The notes beneath the pieces were generated by a model. The model ran no database searches, had not been told where the DNA came from, and was given only the letters and a program-made list of their open reading frames with translations. From NCBI RefSeq assembly GCF_018977255.1, contig NW_024704743.1:8806001-8870000 (forward strand): a stretch of DNA of 64,000 nucleotides. Reading direction: 5' to 3'. Of the stretch, positions 48,869 through 62,497 are shown in pieces. The DNA is from Callorhinchus milii (Eukaryota). The position numbers and the translations under genes were made by a program. How positions within the stretch are numbered: the stretch's first letter is position 1; each line of letters starts with the position of its first letter.

Positions 48869-51699
48869 GTTAAATGTCCCCCAATCGACTGTTCCAACAG
48901 CTACCCTGGCAAATTATTCACATCCTATAGCCAGTTGAAAGGCGATAGATCAAACCAAAGTGCATCCATCCGGATAGGAAACACAAGGGAGTTAGAAACT
49001 CCAGATCCAGGACTGTAATGGTTCACTGCAGTGTGTCCATCTGTACATGCAATCCCTCTATTGTGAGTGTGGCTTGAGTGCTGGTCCTTGTGGCATGCCT
49101 GGTTTTAATTCCTACAAGTGTTGAGCAATATGCCATGCATTACCAGGTTACCAGACTGCAAATCAGAAGTGACACATCTACCGACTGTCAAACAGGGCAT
49201 GGTGTTAATCCAAGACACCAGTTCTGCTTGCTGCTCATGTGTCCCAGCACTCCTCAGGGGGTCCCATATATCAGTCGCACAAAGACCGTAAATAAGGAAT
49301 TGACTATAAATGATGTGGCTTTGAACCTATTACTGAGGAGTCTGCCCTCTGCAATAAGTGTCAGTATAATAATGCTTATGCAATGATGTAAATCCCAGAG
49401 TGTGTTCTGGACCAGGACCTGATTATAAAAGATACAGTTTGGCTTTTATTGCAGTACTCAGGAAGTTGTGACCTGGAAAAATAGAAGGGAAGAATATACA
49501 AATTTGCTCCAAATGCCCTTAAAGACATTCAGGATTCAGAGTAGACACTGTGACTGTCTTTAACTACCACTGAATTCTGCCCATTAAACAGGACCTGGTA
49601 GAGTGGACCTGTCTACAGCATGTTTCGCATGAACATCTCTCGAGAGGCAGTAAACCTAGTTTCTCTGCTGTTAAAATAACGATTGAGAAAATGTGTGCCA
49701 TCTAGATTGTACGTTTTATTTGTAACAATCTGTTCACATGAAAAACAACACTAAAACCCAAGCTCTTCAGCTGCACTTACAGCAAGTGCAAGTGTAAACT
49801 TGCACTCTTTGTTCATTCTCTAACTGAACCCAATGCACAAATACTGAATATCACGACTGCTCTAAAGCAATTTCGGATTTTATCTCTCAGCCTTCTTCTG
49901 ACTCAATAGGTTCCAAATACTGTACCTTCCTAAGAAATGTCCGGGCAACAATCACTTAGATAAAAGTAGTCATTCACTTACTTTCTGTTTATGGTGCATT
50001 TCTGTGAGTAAATTGACTACCAGGTTTGCCTGCAAATACACAGTCAATGCACTTCATAGTAAAATCCTGTGACGCATTTTGAGAAGTTGTGTTGAGATGC
50101 TATATCAAAATGAAAGGATTATTATTCTTACAATAATAATGCTTGCATTTGATATTGTGCCTTATTACAGTATGAAGGCATCTCTAAGCGCTTATTATCA
50201 CTAACATTCTTTTATACAAAAATGTTCTTCCTCCTCTTCCTTTATGAGAAGACTCTAAATTAGCCCTTAACCACACCAGAGTGAGTGATGGCTCAGACAC
50301 AATCAGTCTCCTTCTCTGTTGCAAATTTCTGCTTCTATGACTGAATGTTCACACATCTACTGCCAGATTAAAAGGTAATCGGCCAAATATTTTAAGAGAA
50401 ATAAAAGTCTAGACAAAGAGCAAAGAATACAATATAAAGCTCTAGTGGAGGAGCTGGCACTAGCGAATGCTCCATGGGCTAAACAGCAGTAAATTCCATG
50501 GTTCTTTATGATTCTAGGTTAAATTGTTACAGGTCATAAATAAGCAAATTAGTCACACTAACACCAAAAAAGTAAAATTGCACAATCCCGTGTTTTCTTC
50601 CATAGCTCCAGGTTCATGATTATTATTAAGGAATAGAACAATGAAAAGAATGTAATTTAGCCTTCGCAGAATATAGCTGTATTTTACTTGTGGATTAACT
50701 GATCGAGGCAATTCTGCCCAAAAACAAGCAGAAGGATGTTAGCACAAGATACATGGACGTGGGAGCCGACAGAGCAGACGAGAGACCCCCGTGCACATTA
50801 TCTTCTCAATCAGCAATCTTATCACATGGAAAAATTGTAATTAATAATGACTGGAGAGAGTAATTATAATGGAAAAATGATTACTGATGAGTCTCAGAAT
50901 GTTGCTCCTGGTCCTTTCCATGTCTCCAATAATAAACTCTTTTCCAATATACATTTGGCTAAACTTCAAGCGTGCTGCAAAACAGCCCCATTTAACCTTG
51001 AAAAGCTGGCATGGTGTTTAACCTTGTTAATACTTACAAACCTTTTCATTACAATGACATGAATAGACTTTTAAAACTGCTATGGTGACAAAGAGCACAT
51101 ATGCGCTCCCAGATTGTAGATTCCGATTGAAGACATTCTACACTGCATTGTACATTTCACATTTGGAGATGTAGGTTCTCAAACACAGTAATGTATTTTT
51201 GTTAAAAATTCTCGCACTTACTTTCTCTCCTCATTCTCTGAATGAATTTAATTCCCTTTTCCTTCTAATTTATGTCAGCCTGACAAAGATAGTAGCACTC
51301 TCGCCTCTGAGGTTATGGGTTCAATGTCCCCACTTCGGGACATTGAACTCACAGTCCAGGTTGAAATTCCATTGCAGTGCTGGGGGTGTGCTACAATGTT
51401 AAAGATGAAACATTAAACTGAGGTCCTGTCTGCTGGTTGAGATGGATGTTAAAGATCCCATAGCTTTACTTCAAAACAGAATTTCCCAGATAAAATTGGT
51501 GATTTGTTTTATGGTTGTTTGTATTAAATTAACTGCCTGATTTGCCTACAAAATACCCATTCACTACACTTTACAGCAAAGGCTGTGAGATGCTTTGAGA
51601 TATCCTCCTGAAAAATGCTATATCAAATGGAAGGTTTATCAGTAAATGGAATATGGTTCTGTCATACCGCCGTATTTTATCCAAGCAGCTATTATGGCA

Positions 51700-51940
51700 G
51701 GTTTAGAGTTGCAAAAGGCAATTTCAGATCAGATACCAGGAAGATTTTTTTTACACTCAGAAGGTAATTAACCACTGGAACAAGTTGCCAGGAAGGATAG
51801 TTGAGGTCAGGACACTTGACACAATTAAAAAACAGCTTGATGCTGTGATGGGAGGACACAAGGTGAGTATTCTGGAGAGATGAGATCAGATGGGCTGAAG
51901 GGCGTTCTCCATCTAACCCAATCTTTTGATCTTGTGAACG
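51700..51940 (+). mobile_element. CR1 3' fragment (related pieces at ~42490-42620, ~5383-5466, ~62810-63045, ~28400-28740)
   Basis: TTTTTACACTCAGAAGG..TGGAACAAGTTGCCAG..CAGCTTGATGCTGTGATGGG..GATGGGCTGAAGGGC, a CR1-type 3' end. Confidence 0.75.
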
Positions 51941-51980
51941 ACCAAGCTGAGATCTGTCAGGGATCGAATCCTAGTTTGTG

Positions 51981-52002
51981 TATATATATATATATATATA
52001 TA
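51981..52002. repeat. (TA)n microsatellite
   Basis: Direct reading. Confidence 0.95.
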
Positions 52003-53264
52003 CACGATCACAATTTCACACCAACAGGAAGCTCTTTTGGGAGGTGCTACAGCTTATTAATTTAACAGTTCTAGACAAGTCCTAAAATTACAGTCATTTG
52101 CTAGCCTTGAAATTATACGTGAGTCCTAGAAGTACAGTATAAAGCATTAGGTTAGTGTTGTCATATTGTTATCCATATATTTTATTGAATGTTTTTCTTA
52201 AATGTAATGCAATAATCAATCTAGCACTTACATAGATATTTACAGCACAGAAGGAGGCCATTTAATTAATCGTGTCTGCTGGAGTTATCTTGTCTAATAC
52301 CATTCCCTATTCGTTCTGCATGACAACCTTAAATCTTTTTTCCTCAGTTATTTATCTGAATCTCTTTTAATGCTATTATGTTATATTATGTTATATTATA
52401 TTATAATCTTTTGTAACATGGCATTCCACATACTAATAAACCTCGGCATGAAATAGGTCTTCTAATTTCCTTTTTCTTTGAAAGAAAGGGATAATTTAAC
52501 AATATTTTAATAACAATTTGTGTTGTTTCCTTTGTACCCAGGGATTGAAGAGCCAGTGAGTTCTGTCCACTGAATGCTTCTGTGTCAGATCTTATTCATA
52601 CCTTTCAGACCAGCCTCATAGACTCTAACCTTGCACTGAGGAGCAACACATTCATGCCGTGGGGTCAAGTCGGTGAAATAAAAGGAGTTACAACCATGAG
52701 AATTGCTGAAATATTGTATTAGGAAGGTAGTAAAAATGTTTTTTTTAGCAAGGACCTCCTCATTACATCGGAAGATTGGAGCCTCTGGTATAATGAAGCT
52801 TGTGTTATAATGAGGACTTCCATTAGTGATCCCCATGGGACTGGAAGTCTGAGTCAATGTCTCCAAATGAACAGGAAGCAAAATTGTATTTGCCCGACCA
52901 GGTCATTCAAAGAACAGAAAGCACGTCAGCCCACTGCATATTTTTTCTGCAGGGTTTGATACAATCATTGTAGCATACAATGTGATTTGGTTTTACCTGT
53001 TTGCTGTGAAGCTGCTGGACAGTTAATTGAAGGCACAGGTTGCATGACAATAGCGTTGTCACATTGTTATCTACAACTGTTATTGGACAAGTTTCTTAGA
53101 TGTAATTCAATAATCAGTTCGCTCACAAAACATACAGTCGATGCACTTTACAGTATATCCTGTCTTGGGACGTCCTCCTGACATGCAAAGCACTATAACA
53201 AATGCAAGGATTATTTAGTAGTAGTACAATTTAGTAGCGGGCAATTTAGTAGTAGTGGTAGGTG

Positions 53265-53620
53265 TGGTGAATTAGCTGATCTTAGCTAAGGCAGACGTTG
53301 GCAGGAGGATCGAGTCTCTAGCCCTTGGAGATGAAAAATTAACCAAGATCCCAGTCCTAATAATTGGCTGTCTATCTATCCATTGACCTCCGGCTGTAAA
53401 AAGTTTGAGTGTATGGATGTGGAATAAGAACAGAATCATTTCTGGCTCTTACCCTCTCCTCCACTCTAGCTGAATAGCCTGCTGACATTCCCAGCCTTAC
53501 TACATGAACCATTGAGTGAGGTGCCGGAAGGCTGCCAGTGCCTGCATAACAAAGCCAGGCAAGACTGAGAGCCTCCAGGGGAGGGGGAAGGTGAGAAAAT
53601 TGGCAAGCAAAAAGAAGCCA
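53265..53620 (+). mobile_element. Old SINE-like repeat with TTAGCTGATCT(C/T)AGC motif (copies ~915-1190 +, ~7460-7830 -, ~35930-36225 -)
   Basis: Shared degenerate motifs TTAGCTGATCTYAGC, AATAGCCTGCTGAC and a purine-rich end CCTTCAGG..GAGAAAATTGG(A)n. Confidence 0.6.
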
Positions 53621-54282
53621 TCTGTAAACCGGGGGTAACTCCATAATGAGCGAAACAAAACGAGGAGAAATGACTCGCAGCTATTCTGTGGTTGGCAAGA
53701 GAAAGGCCGCTTTTTAAATGAGGCAGGAATTTAACTTCTACGAGCACATTTTTTATTGTCACACTAAACCACGAAGAACAGGATTAGGTGCTGCGTTGCT
53801 GGGTCCGAGCAATGAATGCGTCTGGAATATGTCCCCAATATCCTTGATGCAGGTTAAGTGTTTCAATTCTTTTAATGACATTTGAGAGAAGCACTGAGCC
53901 CAACATGCATAGGCATGGAGACCAACAAACATCAGTCTGGGCACTTCCGTCACCAGACATTATAGAAACTAAAGTATGCCCTGATGAACAGTTAAACTCT
54001 GGACTCAAGATAAGCTGTCACATAAACATGGTATACGAGTTCAGATTTTCCTCTGCAGGAAGTAACTGCCCCACTGAAATTTACCAATTGCAGAAATTCT
54101 CCTTTGAAATTTAACAATGGTCAGGTCTTTACAAGCATCACTGTAAATTTTAATAAGCTCTTTGTTCCATTCATGAAAGCAGATTGTACGTAGCTTCCAC
54201 GGATCCTGTCACTGTTTTCAAAAAGTTGTTCCAGCTCTTTTATACTGTCCCAGTAAAGATGGTCAAAAAAGTTAAAGCTTGA

Positions 54283-54443
54283 ACACTGACCATTGGAGCA
54301 CACACTGACCATTAGAGCAGAAGCTGACCACTAGAGCACATGCTGACCATTAGAGCACACGCTGACCATTAGAGCACACGCTGACCATCAGAGCACACAC
54401 TGACTATTGGAGCACAACTGACTATTAGAGCCCACATTGACCA
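54283..54443 (+). repeat. 19-bp minisatellite, ~8.5 copies
   Basis: Unit ACRCTGACCATTAGAGCAC repeated head to tail. Confidence 0.92.
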
Positions 54444-54959
54444 TCCAAAGGATGACACCTCTAACAATGCAACACTCCAAACTCTGCATTGGAGTATCTG
54501 AGTTCAAAAGTCCCAATGTAGGAATTTAACCCACAAACTTCTCACTCAGGCGAGAGTGTTACCAACTGAGCCAGTCTGACACATAATGTGTCACTCTTGA
54601 CACTCAAGAGTGGAAATATGTGGGTTGGACTGACTGGGGAAATAATGTAGGCAGATTGCTAATTCAAAATGAAAGCAGATATCTGGTTGATAAATCAATC
54701 CATTAAGGGTTAGAAACGTCAGAGCAGAGTAAGATTATTTTTTTTGCTGCTTTGGGACCTATGAGATAGACCGCATGTTTTCCTATGATAGATTATCTAA
54801 ACATTTATTACTCTTCGAATAAATATTTTTTTCCCAACCATTTAAATTTACTTTCAGCTTATTTCCATTTACAGCCTGTTCTGTCTCTCTAACTTAACTT
54901 TGAAGTAACAGTGCAGGTCTACCTTACCTAAATTATTTAATATTTTATAATAATATAAA

Positions 54960-55400
54960 TGTTGCATTTGACATAGCACCTTTCACATTGGTAAGACATC
55001 TTAAAATCGTTCACTGGACATATTGTTAAGTGTAGTGACTGATATTTTGTAGGGGAACACAGTAGCCAATTTGAACACAGTAATGTCCCACAAGCAGTCA
55101 TGAAGTGAATGATCAATTTTATTTGGGGGATGGTTGACTAAGACACTACACATTTAGAAACTCTTTCTATTTTTGAATAATGGTATAGGATTTTTAACAT
55201 GCACCGGAACAAGCACCTGACCAGGCACATATGGGACCTTAGTTTAATCCCTCTTCTGAAAGATGGCACCTCCAACATTGCAGCACATCCCCAGCACTAT
55301 ATTGGAGTGTCAACCTAGACTAGGAGCCCGATATGTGGTTTGAATCTACAAACATCTGACTAAGAAGCGAAAACGCAACTGACTGAGCCAAACTGACACC
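54960..55400 (-). mobile_element. Deu-domain SINE, full length
   Basis: Same consensus, reverse strand. Further copies at ~13995-14225, 17430-17900, 19480-19815, 27320-27600, 30535-30680, 31615-31820, 51270-51640, 60770-61190 and 63400-63790. Confidence 0.75.
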
Positions 55401-55678
55401 TTCAATGAGGTGTCACCTTTATTGACCAAACACTACAATATTATTGTAGAGCTTTAAAGGATTTAAAACCCTTACCAGAACATCTAAAGGTACATTGCAC
55501 TGCTGATTAAAAATGTCAGCGTGCTGCTAACTTCTTTAATTGTTTCACCACATTTGACTGGCCATTGAAAGTGACTGGGGTAAAATGCTAATAGTGAGAA
55601 CAATCTTTACATTTGATATAGTGCCCTTCTTGTCAGAAGGACATCTCAAAGTGCTTCATAGGACCTACTGTAGAGTGT

Positions 55679-56003
55679 AGTCCTGTAGCTCAGTGGTTAG
55701 AGCACTCGCTTTGCAAGTGAGAGACCTGAGTTCAATTCCAGACAGGGCGAAACCTTGGGCAAGTTTCCTTCCTCCACACACCTAATAATAATCCCTCCAA
55801 AACCCAAAACAATAATAAATTGGTCATTTTCAATCTACGACTGTTTGTGGGACATTGCTGTGCGCAACTGGCTGCCGCGTTCGCCCACAGATATACAGTC
55901 AATTCACTTTACAGTGTGTTCTGTGAAGCGCTTTGGGAGGTCCTCCCGACGTGAAAAGCGCTATATCAAATGCAAGGATTATTATTAGTAGTAGTAGTAG
56001 TAG
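55679..56003 (+). mobile_element. tRNA-derived SINE, young short subtype
   Basis: Same consensus as 47264-47590; tail (ATT)n(AGT)n. Confidence 0.92.
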
Positions 56004-56017
56004 TTGTGCATCTTGTA

Positions 56018-56250
56018 GGCAAAATTCCACCTAGGTATACAGGTTGACTCTCTAACATAGCACTTCAGAGGGTGTAGGTTTTGCCAAAATCTTCAATTAA
56101 ATTTCAACTTTGAAATCCATTTTCTATAGTTCTTAAACAAACCATGCAGAAAAGCAGCTTCAAAATCAAAGAGTCTATATATGAATTTGACAGATTACGG
56201 CCACTATGAAATGTTACGTTAACAGAGTAAATCCAGTCCCAGTTGGCATT
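56018..56250. mobile_element. Palindromic MITE-like element
   Basis: AAAATTCCACCTAGGT..GACTCT left arm and AGAGTAAATCCAGTCCCAGTTGGCATTT right arm. Confidence 0.6.
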
Positions 56251-59200
56251 TGTATCCAGTTACTCCCAGGTCCCTTTTCGAAGTCTCCCTGCTCCAGTTT
56301 GATTCAATTCATTGTGTACATAATTCACATTTTTTTTTCCCACCCGTGTATAATTATTTGCATTTATCAATGTTGAATTTCATTTCCCATGTGTCTGTCC
56401 AATTACACAATAACTCTAAATCCTTTTGCAAATCTCTACCTGCTTCCTGTGGGTGAAACTCTCTCCCTCAACATCCATAGCCTTCAGCTATACTCACCTC
56501 GAGGGCCCTTTTTGCATCTCTGATATCCCTTTCACCTGATTTAGCAAATTCCTATTTTCCTCCTAGCGTTCCTTTCTTCCTTTTCCCCTGTCCTGGGAAT
56601 CCTCGATGCTGACACCGGGGGCCTAAAATGGGAGCCTTTTCCAGCTTCCAGCAATCCTGAGAAAATCCAATTACTCATCCCGAGAAAATCTACAAAAATA
56701 CATTACATTTCTGTGTGCTGATTCAGAGTCCCAACACCCAGTGACACTGTTTTCATGGCACTTAAAAGCCATTGAGAGCACGATATAACAGAATTCTCAA
56801 AGGATTCACAAACACTAAATCCTATCGGTTACTGGAAATGCATCATGCTGACCTACAGGGGCTCTGTTTGAACAGTCTATAAGTGGACTGGAGTCCTGCC
56901 AGTGAGTATAACGCATATCCACCTACTGGACAGGTTTAATGGGCTAGATATTCCTGGGCCGAGATTTACTCCTGGTGTCCTGGCCAACAATCCCCAAATC
57001 AAATTGGTCTTCCAAATGTGAACGCCGCTATGCAAATGTAATTTTGTTGTTCTTGTCGTTTGTGGGGCATTGTTGTAGCACAAGTTGGCTGCCGCATGTG
57101 ACTACAAATACATAGTCAATACACTTTAAAGTCAAATCCTCTGAAGCGTTTTGAGACGTCTCGGAGACATGATAAGATGCTATTCCAAATGCAAGGATTT
57201 TTTGTATATTTTCCTATGATTTTAGTGTGCAGAATTTGTGAGTTGAAATCAGCCTCAATAATACAACACCTTTCACATCAGGAGGACATTTCAAAGCTGT
57301 TCACATGATTTACTATAAGGTGTAAAGAATGTGTATTTTGAGGCTGGTTTTCCACAGCTCTTAAAAGAACCTACAGGACTCATGGGGAGTATAAGCACTG
57401 GCACGGGCTAGGTGAGTCAAATGGCTGTTCCACATAATATACTTATTCTTCAAGTGCTTATCTAATTCCCTTTAACTGATGTAATCAACTCAGCTTCTGC
57501 CGCCACTTGGGGGAATGCGTTCCACATTCTTTATGCAAGAAAAACTTTTCTTAACTTACTCCTTTTCTGTTTCTAGCAATAATGTATTCAGCGTTTATGG
57601 TCCTTTTTTGCCTCTTCACCTCTTTGCCTCTGGAGTTAATTGACTGCTAACTACTCTCTATTGAGCTCCAGAGTAAATGTAACTCAGGAAATAACCATAA
57701 ATAAAAATAATAAACCTTGCATTTGATATAGATTCTTTCACGTTGGGAGGCTGTCTCAAAGCGCTTTACAAGATTTTGCAGTAAAGTAATATAGCTACAT
57801 TTTTGTAGGTGAATGTGGCAGCCAAATTGAGCACAGTAATGTCCCATAAATAGCCATAACAATATGAGAATACAATAATATTTTAAATTATGATTTTATG
57901 TATAAGTGAGAGAAGCACAGTAATGGCACAATTATCATTCAGTCAGAAATCTAGTTGTCTGAATGGAAAGATTGGGGTGACGTGTGTATGCTATTAGGAT
58001 AGTTAGCACAGTTTGCACGATACTATTAGTACTGTTAAACACTTTGGGATGTCCTGCCGACGTGAAAGGTACAATATAAATGTAAATTTATATTGTATTG
58101 TTGCCCGCTGGATGGTATTTCCCAGCCGTTGGCACAAAGGTGAACAGCAGCGAGCCCTACAATGACGAATGAGGTCTAAGGCCTAGGAAATGTGAGCCTT
58201 GCTTCACCTGTGTGATAGGGATTAAAAATTCTCTCTGTTAAGTGTTTCACAGCAGGCCATTCATCACAATTACTCGGGGCTCCCAACTCCTGATTCTTTG
58301 TAACAAACTGTTCCCGTGTGCTCCAGGCGGCTTTAAATACTTTTCCTGTGCACTGTCAAAAGCCAAATGCAGCCAAAGAAAACATCAAAAAAACTAAATC
58401 GAAAGATTTCAAAAGCACTTAATTATTCCCAGGCAATTAGAATAAAGATTAACATTTAGAGACAAGCCTTTAGAGCACATTTGGATTAACCAAAATAGCA
58501 CTTTAAAATATAAAGTCAAGTTTAGCAACAAAGCAAAAACAAACATATCATTACGTGTTGTTGCCATTCTCATCTGTTCTGCTGTTGGAATGAACTGTTT
58601 GCCTGAATGGATTAGGCCGTTTACATTTCACTTTTTAACAAAACTTTGCGCAATACAAGTTGGGATTCAGCAGGGCAATAAGAATTTGTCAGCAGACTGG
58701 CTCCTGGGACTTCCTTGCGGTATAAATATACAGTGGGATGAGAATCCGTTTTGAGTTTTGCGCAGAATTGGTCTTCTGAAATTCCTGGGTGGTCAACCAC
58801 TTCTCAAAACCGTTTCCATTAACAAACATGGGAAATTTGAGTATTCTGTGCAACCTGATTTTGAATAAAAAAATATAAATCGGGAGTTCCTGCTCCACAT
58901 CGCTGCAGAAATGGAAGTGATAGCCAAAAGTATCTACAGAGCATGGCTGACTGGTGGAACCATCGCTCAATGAGAAGGGATGTGTGCCTGACCTGTAGGC
59001 AGGAAGATGGGTGGCAATGCTCTCACGCATTTGTTCCTGGTACCTGCCATCCACCAAGTGAGGGCTCAAACCCATACTTGTCTGATGTCAAATGAGTAAC
59101 TAGTAACTTTCCTCCTTGGGGGGAGTTAAGGGTGAACAGCAGTGAGTCCTGCAATGGCTTTCCCCTGTCCTTTACACCTCTATTCCTTTCTTCCCCATCT

Positions 59201-59361
59201 TTGCATTAAGTCTCAGCACAGATTCCTCTATTAGTCATATACTTAAAATTCGTCTCATACAGGAACAAAAAAAATCACTAATATTGGGGTATTCTCAATA
59301 ACCTAATCCATGGTTAATCCCAGACTGGTTCTTTATCAAAGAAAGTAAAGTATAGAATCAT

Positions 59362-59900
59362 ATAATTACACAGCACAGAATGAGGCTATTCGGCCCACCG
59401 TGTCTATGCCGGCTCTTTGAAAAGAGCTATCCAATTCAATCCCACTCCCCCGCTCTCTCCCTGGAGCCCTGCAAACTTGCCTCCCCAAATAATTATCTAT
59501 TTCTCTCTTAAAAGTTGTTATCGAATCGGCTTCCACCACCCTTTCAGGCAATGCATTCCGGATCTGAACAACTCACTGTGTGAAAAGATTTCTCCTCACC
59601 TCCCCTCTGTTTCTTGACAACTGTTTTAAATCGGTGTCGTCGGGTTACGAACCCACCCGCCAGTGGAAACAGTTTCCCCTTGTTCACCCTAATTTTGAAA
59701 ACTTCTATTAAGTCTCCTCTTAACCTTCTCTGCTCCAAGGAGAATAATCCTAGCTTCTCTAGTCTCTCCTGATAATTGAAGTCCCTCATTCCTGGTAATA
59801 TCCTGATAAGTCTCCTTTGCATCCTCTCCAATGCCTTGACATCCTCCCTAAAATGTGGTGCCCAGAACTGAACACAGTCTCTAGCTGAGGCCTAACCAGT
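59362..59900 (-). mobile_element. CR1 LINE ORF2 C-terminus and 3' UTR
   Basis: Peptide ERMQRRLIRILPGMRDFNYQERLEKLGLFSLEQRRLRGDLIEVFKI and LPERVVEADSITTFKREID. 3' UTR GGCCGAATAGCCTCATTCTGTGCTG. Confidence 0.92.
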
Positions 59901-60262
59901 GTGTAGTGTCTGTCTTTTTTCCTTTTATGCTTTCTAAACCTCTCTCCCTCCAGTTAACCTCTCTTCCCTTGCCTCCTGTGAGTAACTAAAACAAGATAAC
60001 TAACATGCCTTTGGAAACCACAGAATATTAAAAAAAACAGTGAACCTGTTTGTCTATATATACAGTAGTTCACAAAATTGCAATTGATTTGATGTTATGT
60101 CAGCCTGCTCAATATTCAAAAACATTTGAAAAGTAAAAAGTTACCCAAAAGGGATATTTTAAAGTATTGGCAAAGAACAAAAATAAAATAGTTGTTTCCA
60201 TATCTGGTGGTTTTGTGGTTTGTTCATTCCAGGATGTCTGTCCCTCTTGCTTCATAATACAT

Positions 60263-60568
60263 AATAATAATAATTCTTGCATTTGATATAGGGCCTTATT
60301 ATGTCTTCAAGACCGTCTCAAAGCGCTTCACAGAATATACTGCAAAGTGAATTGACTGTATATTTTGTGGGTGAAACGCGGCAGCCAACTGCGCACAGCA
60401 GTGTCCTACAAACAGTCGTGGATTAAGTGACCATTGTTCTTTTTTCTAGAAGGATTATTATCAGGTGTGTGGAGTAAGGAAATTTGCCCAAGGTTTCGCC
60501 CCGCCCGGAATCAAACCCAGGTCTCTTGCTTGTGAGGCGAGTGCTCTAACCACTGAGCTACAGGACTC
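60263..60568 (-). mobile_element. tRNA-derived SINE, full length
   Basis: Reverse-complement consensus with (AAT)n tail. Confidence 0.88.
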
Positions 60569-62214
60569 CTAGGACATCCCCTGGGACATCTTCATGCTTT
60601 GGTGCACATTTTACATAGAATGTTTACCAGTGAACAATGCTGGTTCAATCCTCAGTTCTTCCTTCCTCAAATTCGATCCCTGATCAACAATTGTTTTTCT
60701 TCATCTCTGCCACTTTGTCTGCCTCTGTCCCTACCTCACACCTAATGTTGCTGAAACACTCATTCACACAATTTGTGCACAACAATGTCCCACAATCAGG
60801 CATGAAGTGAATGAACTGGTTTTATTTTGGGGATTGTTGGCCAGGATACCAGGAGAAATTCTTTTTATGAATAGTGCCATGGGATCTTTAATGCCAGCCT
60901 GAACAGACAGACGAGAGCTGTGTTTTTTAAAATCTCATCTGAGGGACGGCACCTCCAAGAATGCAGTGATTCCCCCAATGCTGTACTGGAGTGTCAACCT
61001 AGACTGCCTGTTCAAAGTCCTGACTTAATAATAATAATAATCCTTGCATTTGATATAGCGTCTTATCATCTCGTTGAGACATCTTGAAGCGCTTCACAGA
61101 ATATAGAGTAAAGTGTAGTCACTGTATATTTTGTGGGTGAAACCAAACTTCTGACTCAGCGATGAGAGCTGCCAACTGAGCCAGACTGACACCTTGGGGG
61201 GGAGGGGAAGGGAGGGGCGAGTAATCACCTGTGGACGAGCCTATTCATTTAGTTATTGAGCAGAATTTTCACATTGTCTAATGTGTTAATGAACACACAG
61301 GTCGCAATTTTCACTCCTGTGTTAACAATCATAGGAAATATTTGCGATTACATTCTCAGAGCTGTGTTCCTGGCTAACTTGCCTACAACTGTGGTCACTG
61401 CTCATGACAGCAATTCCCCATGAAGTGCTTTGAGATGTTTTGATGTTCCAGGAGCTGCATCAATTGCAAGCATTATTATTGTGAATGAGAAAGAGGCGTA
61501 GAAAGTTACAGCACAGATGGAAACCATTCGGCTCATTGTTCCTGTGGCTGCCTCTCAGTGAGCAATTTACTAACAGTTTTTAGAGATTAGTGGTAAAAAA
61601 AAAGTTCTCTTATTATGAACAGAAACAAAGGGGGAAAATGAAGACATAACAGTATTATATTTTGAAGATAAAATGTGGGCCAGCTGCTTGAACTTGGAGT
61701 CGATGCTTAGCTTTGTTAACCTACTGCCTGTGATCTCCTAACATGGTGCAACAGCTGACTAAAGCAATCTGTTAATATCTTTTACTTTCTCCCTTACTGA
61801 TGTTATCCAATTTTCCTTTCCTACCCTTCCTTCTTACACACAGCCATAGGCTGTCACCTGCTATCCAATCTACCTTGCCACCACTGACAGTGAATGGTGG
61901 CAGACTAGTTAACCATTGGACTTCTGAGGCAAACCGTTCATACCCTCACCCAATGCCACCACTCCCCACCCCTCAGCATACATGTACACACACTTCCACA
62001 CATACTCTCCCACACACTCTCTCACACATTCTCATGCACACAATTCCACTAGAAGAGAGACATGGTTGAGGTGGGCAGTTTCACAATAGAGAGAAGCTTG
62101 GCTGACTTCTCAGAAATGCTACAATTAGTGAAAGTAATTATAATGCCTCTACTACAGCCACAGCTGAGGCCTGCCTTGTGCAACAGCCGCTGAGCCTATT
62201 CTGGACAATGAGCC

Positions 62215-62497
62215 GGAAGCTTGCCAGCCAGAGTTCAAAATGGCAACCTGCGTGGTTTTAGCTGGATAAACTCCAGGGACACCCCAGAGCACACCTTGGC
62301 TTCCTTGCCTCTTGCCAATCTGTGCCAAATAGTTTGTGGGATTACGTGAGCAGGTGCGTCACTTCGGGGAAAGAACGCAGATTCCATATCAAACAAACAG
62401 AGATTTCCACTCATATGTGGAATTCTTAGCAGGATTTGGATACTCTTAAGCATACGTTAGGTTTCTGTGGGTCAGACACCTGGCTGATCAAAAAAAG
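62215..62497 (+). repeat. Unclassified poly(A)-ended interspersed repeat (copies 4830-5115 -, 10228-10340 -, 30690-30770 +)
   Basis: Shared 3' end GGATACTCTTAAGCAYGGTGATGGGTTTCTGCATGTGTCAGACACCYRGCTGATC(A)n. Confidence 0.7.

Noticed and set aside
50884..50905. CTGATGAG as a hammerhead core (also ~23314, ~53981)
   Set aside because: No stem II followed by GAAA, and no flanking helices.
52585..52881. Minus-strand 98-aa ORF ending near a GTATGA donor as a possible exon 4
   Set aside because: It lacks the CUB hallmarks (SPGFP..YPN, conserved Cys spacing, WDG), whereas all real exons here are readily alignable.
54283..54443. CRISPR-like array
   Set aside because: Contiguous tandem units with no unique spacers, in vertebrate intronic DNA with no cas genes.
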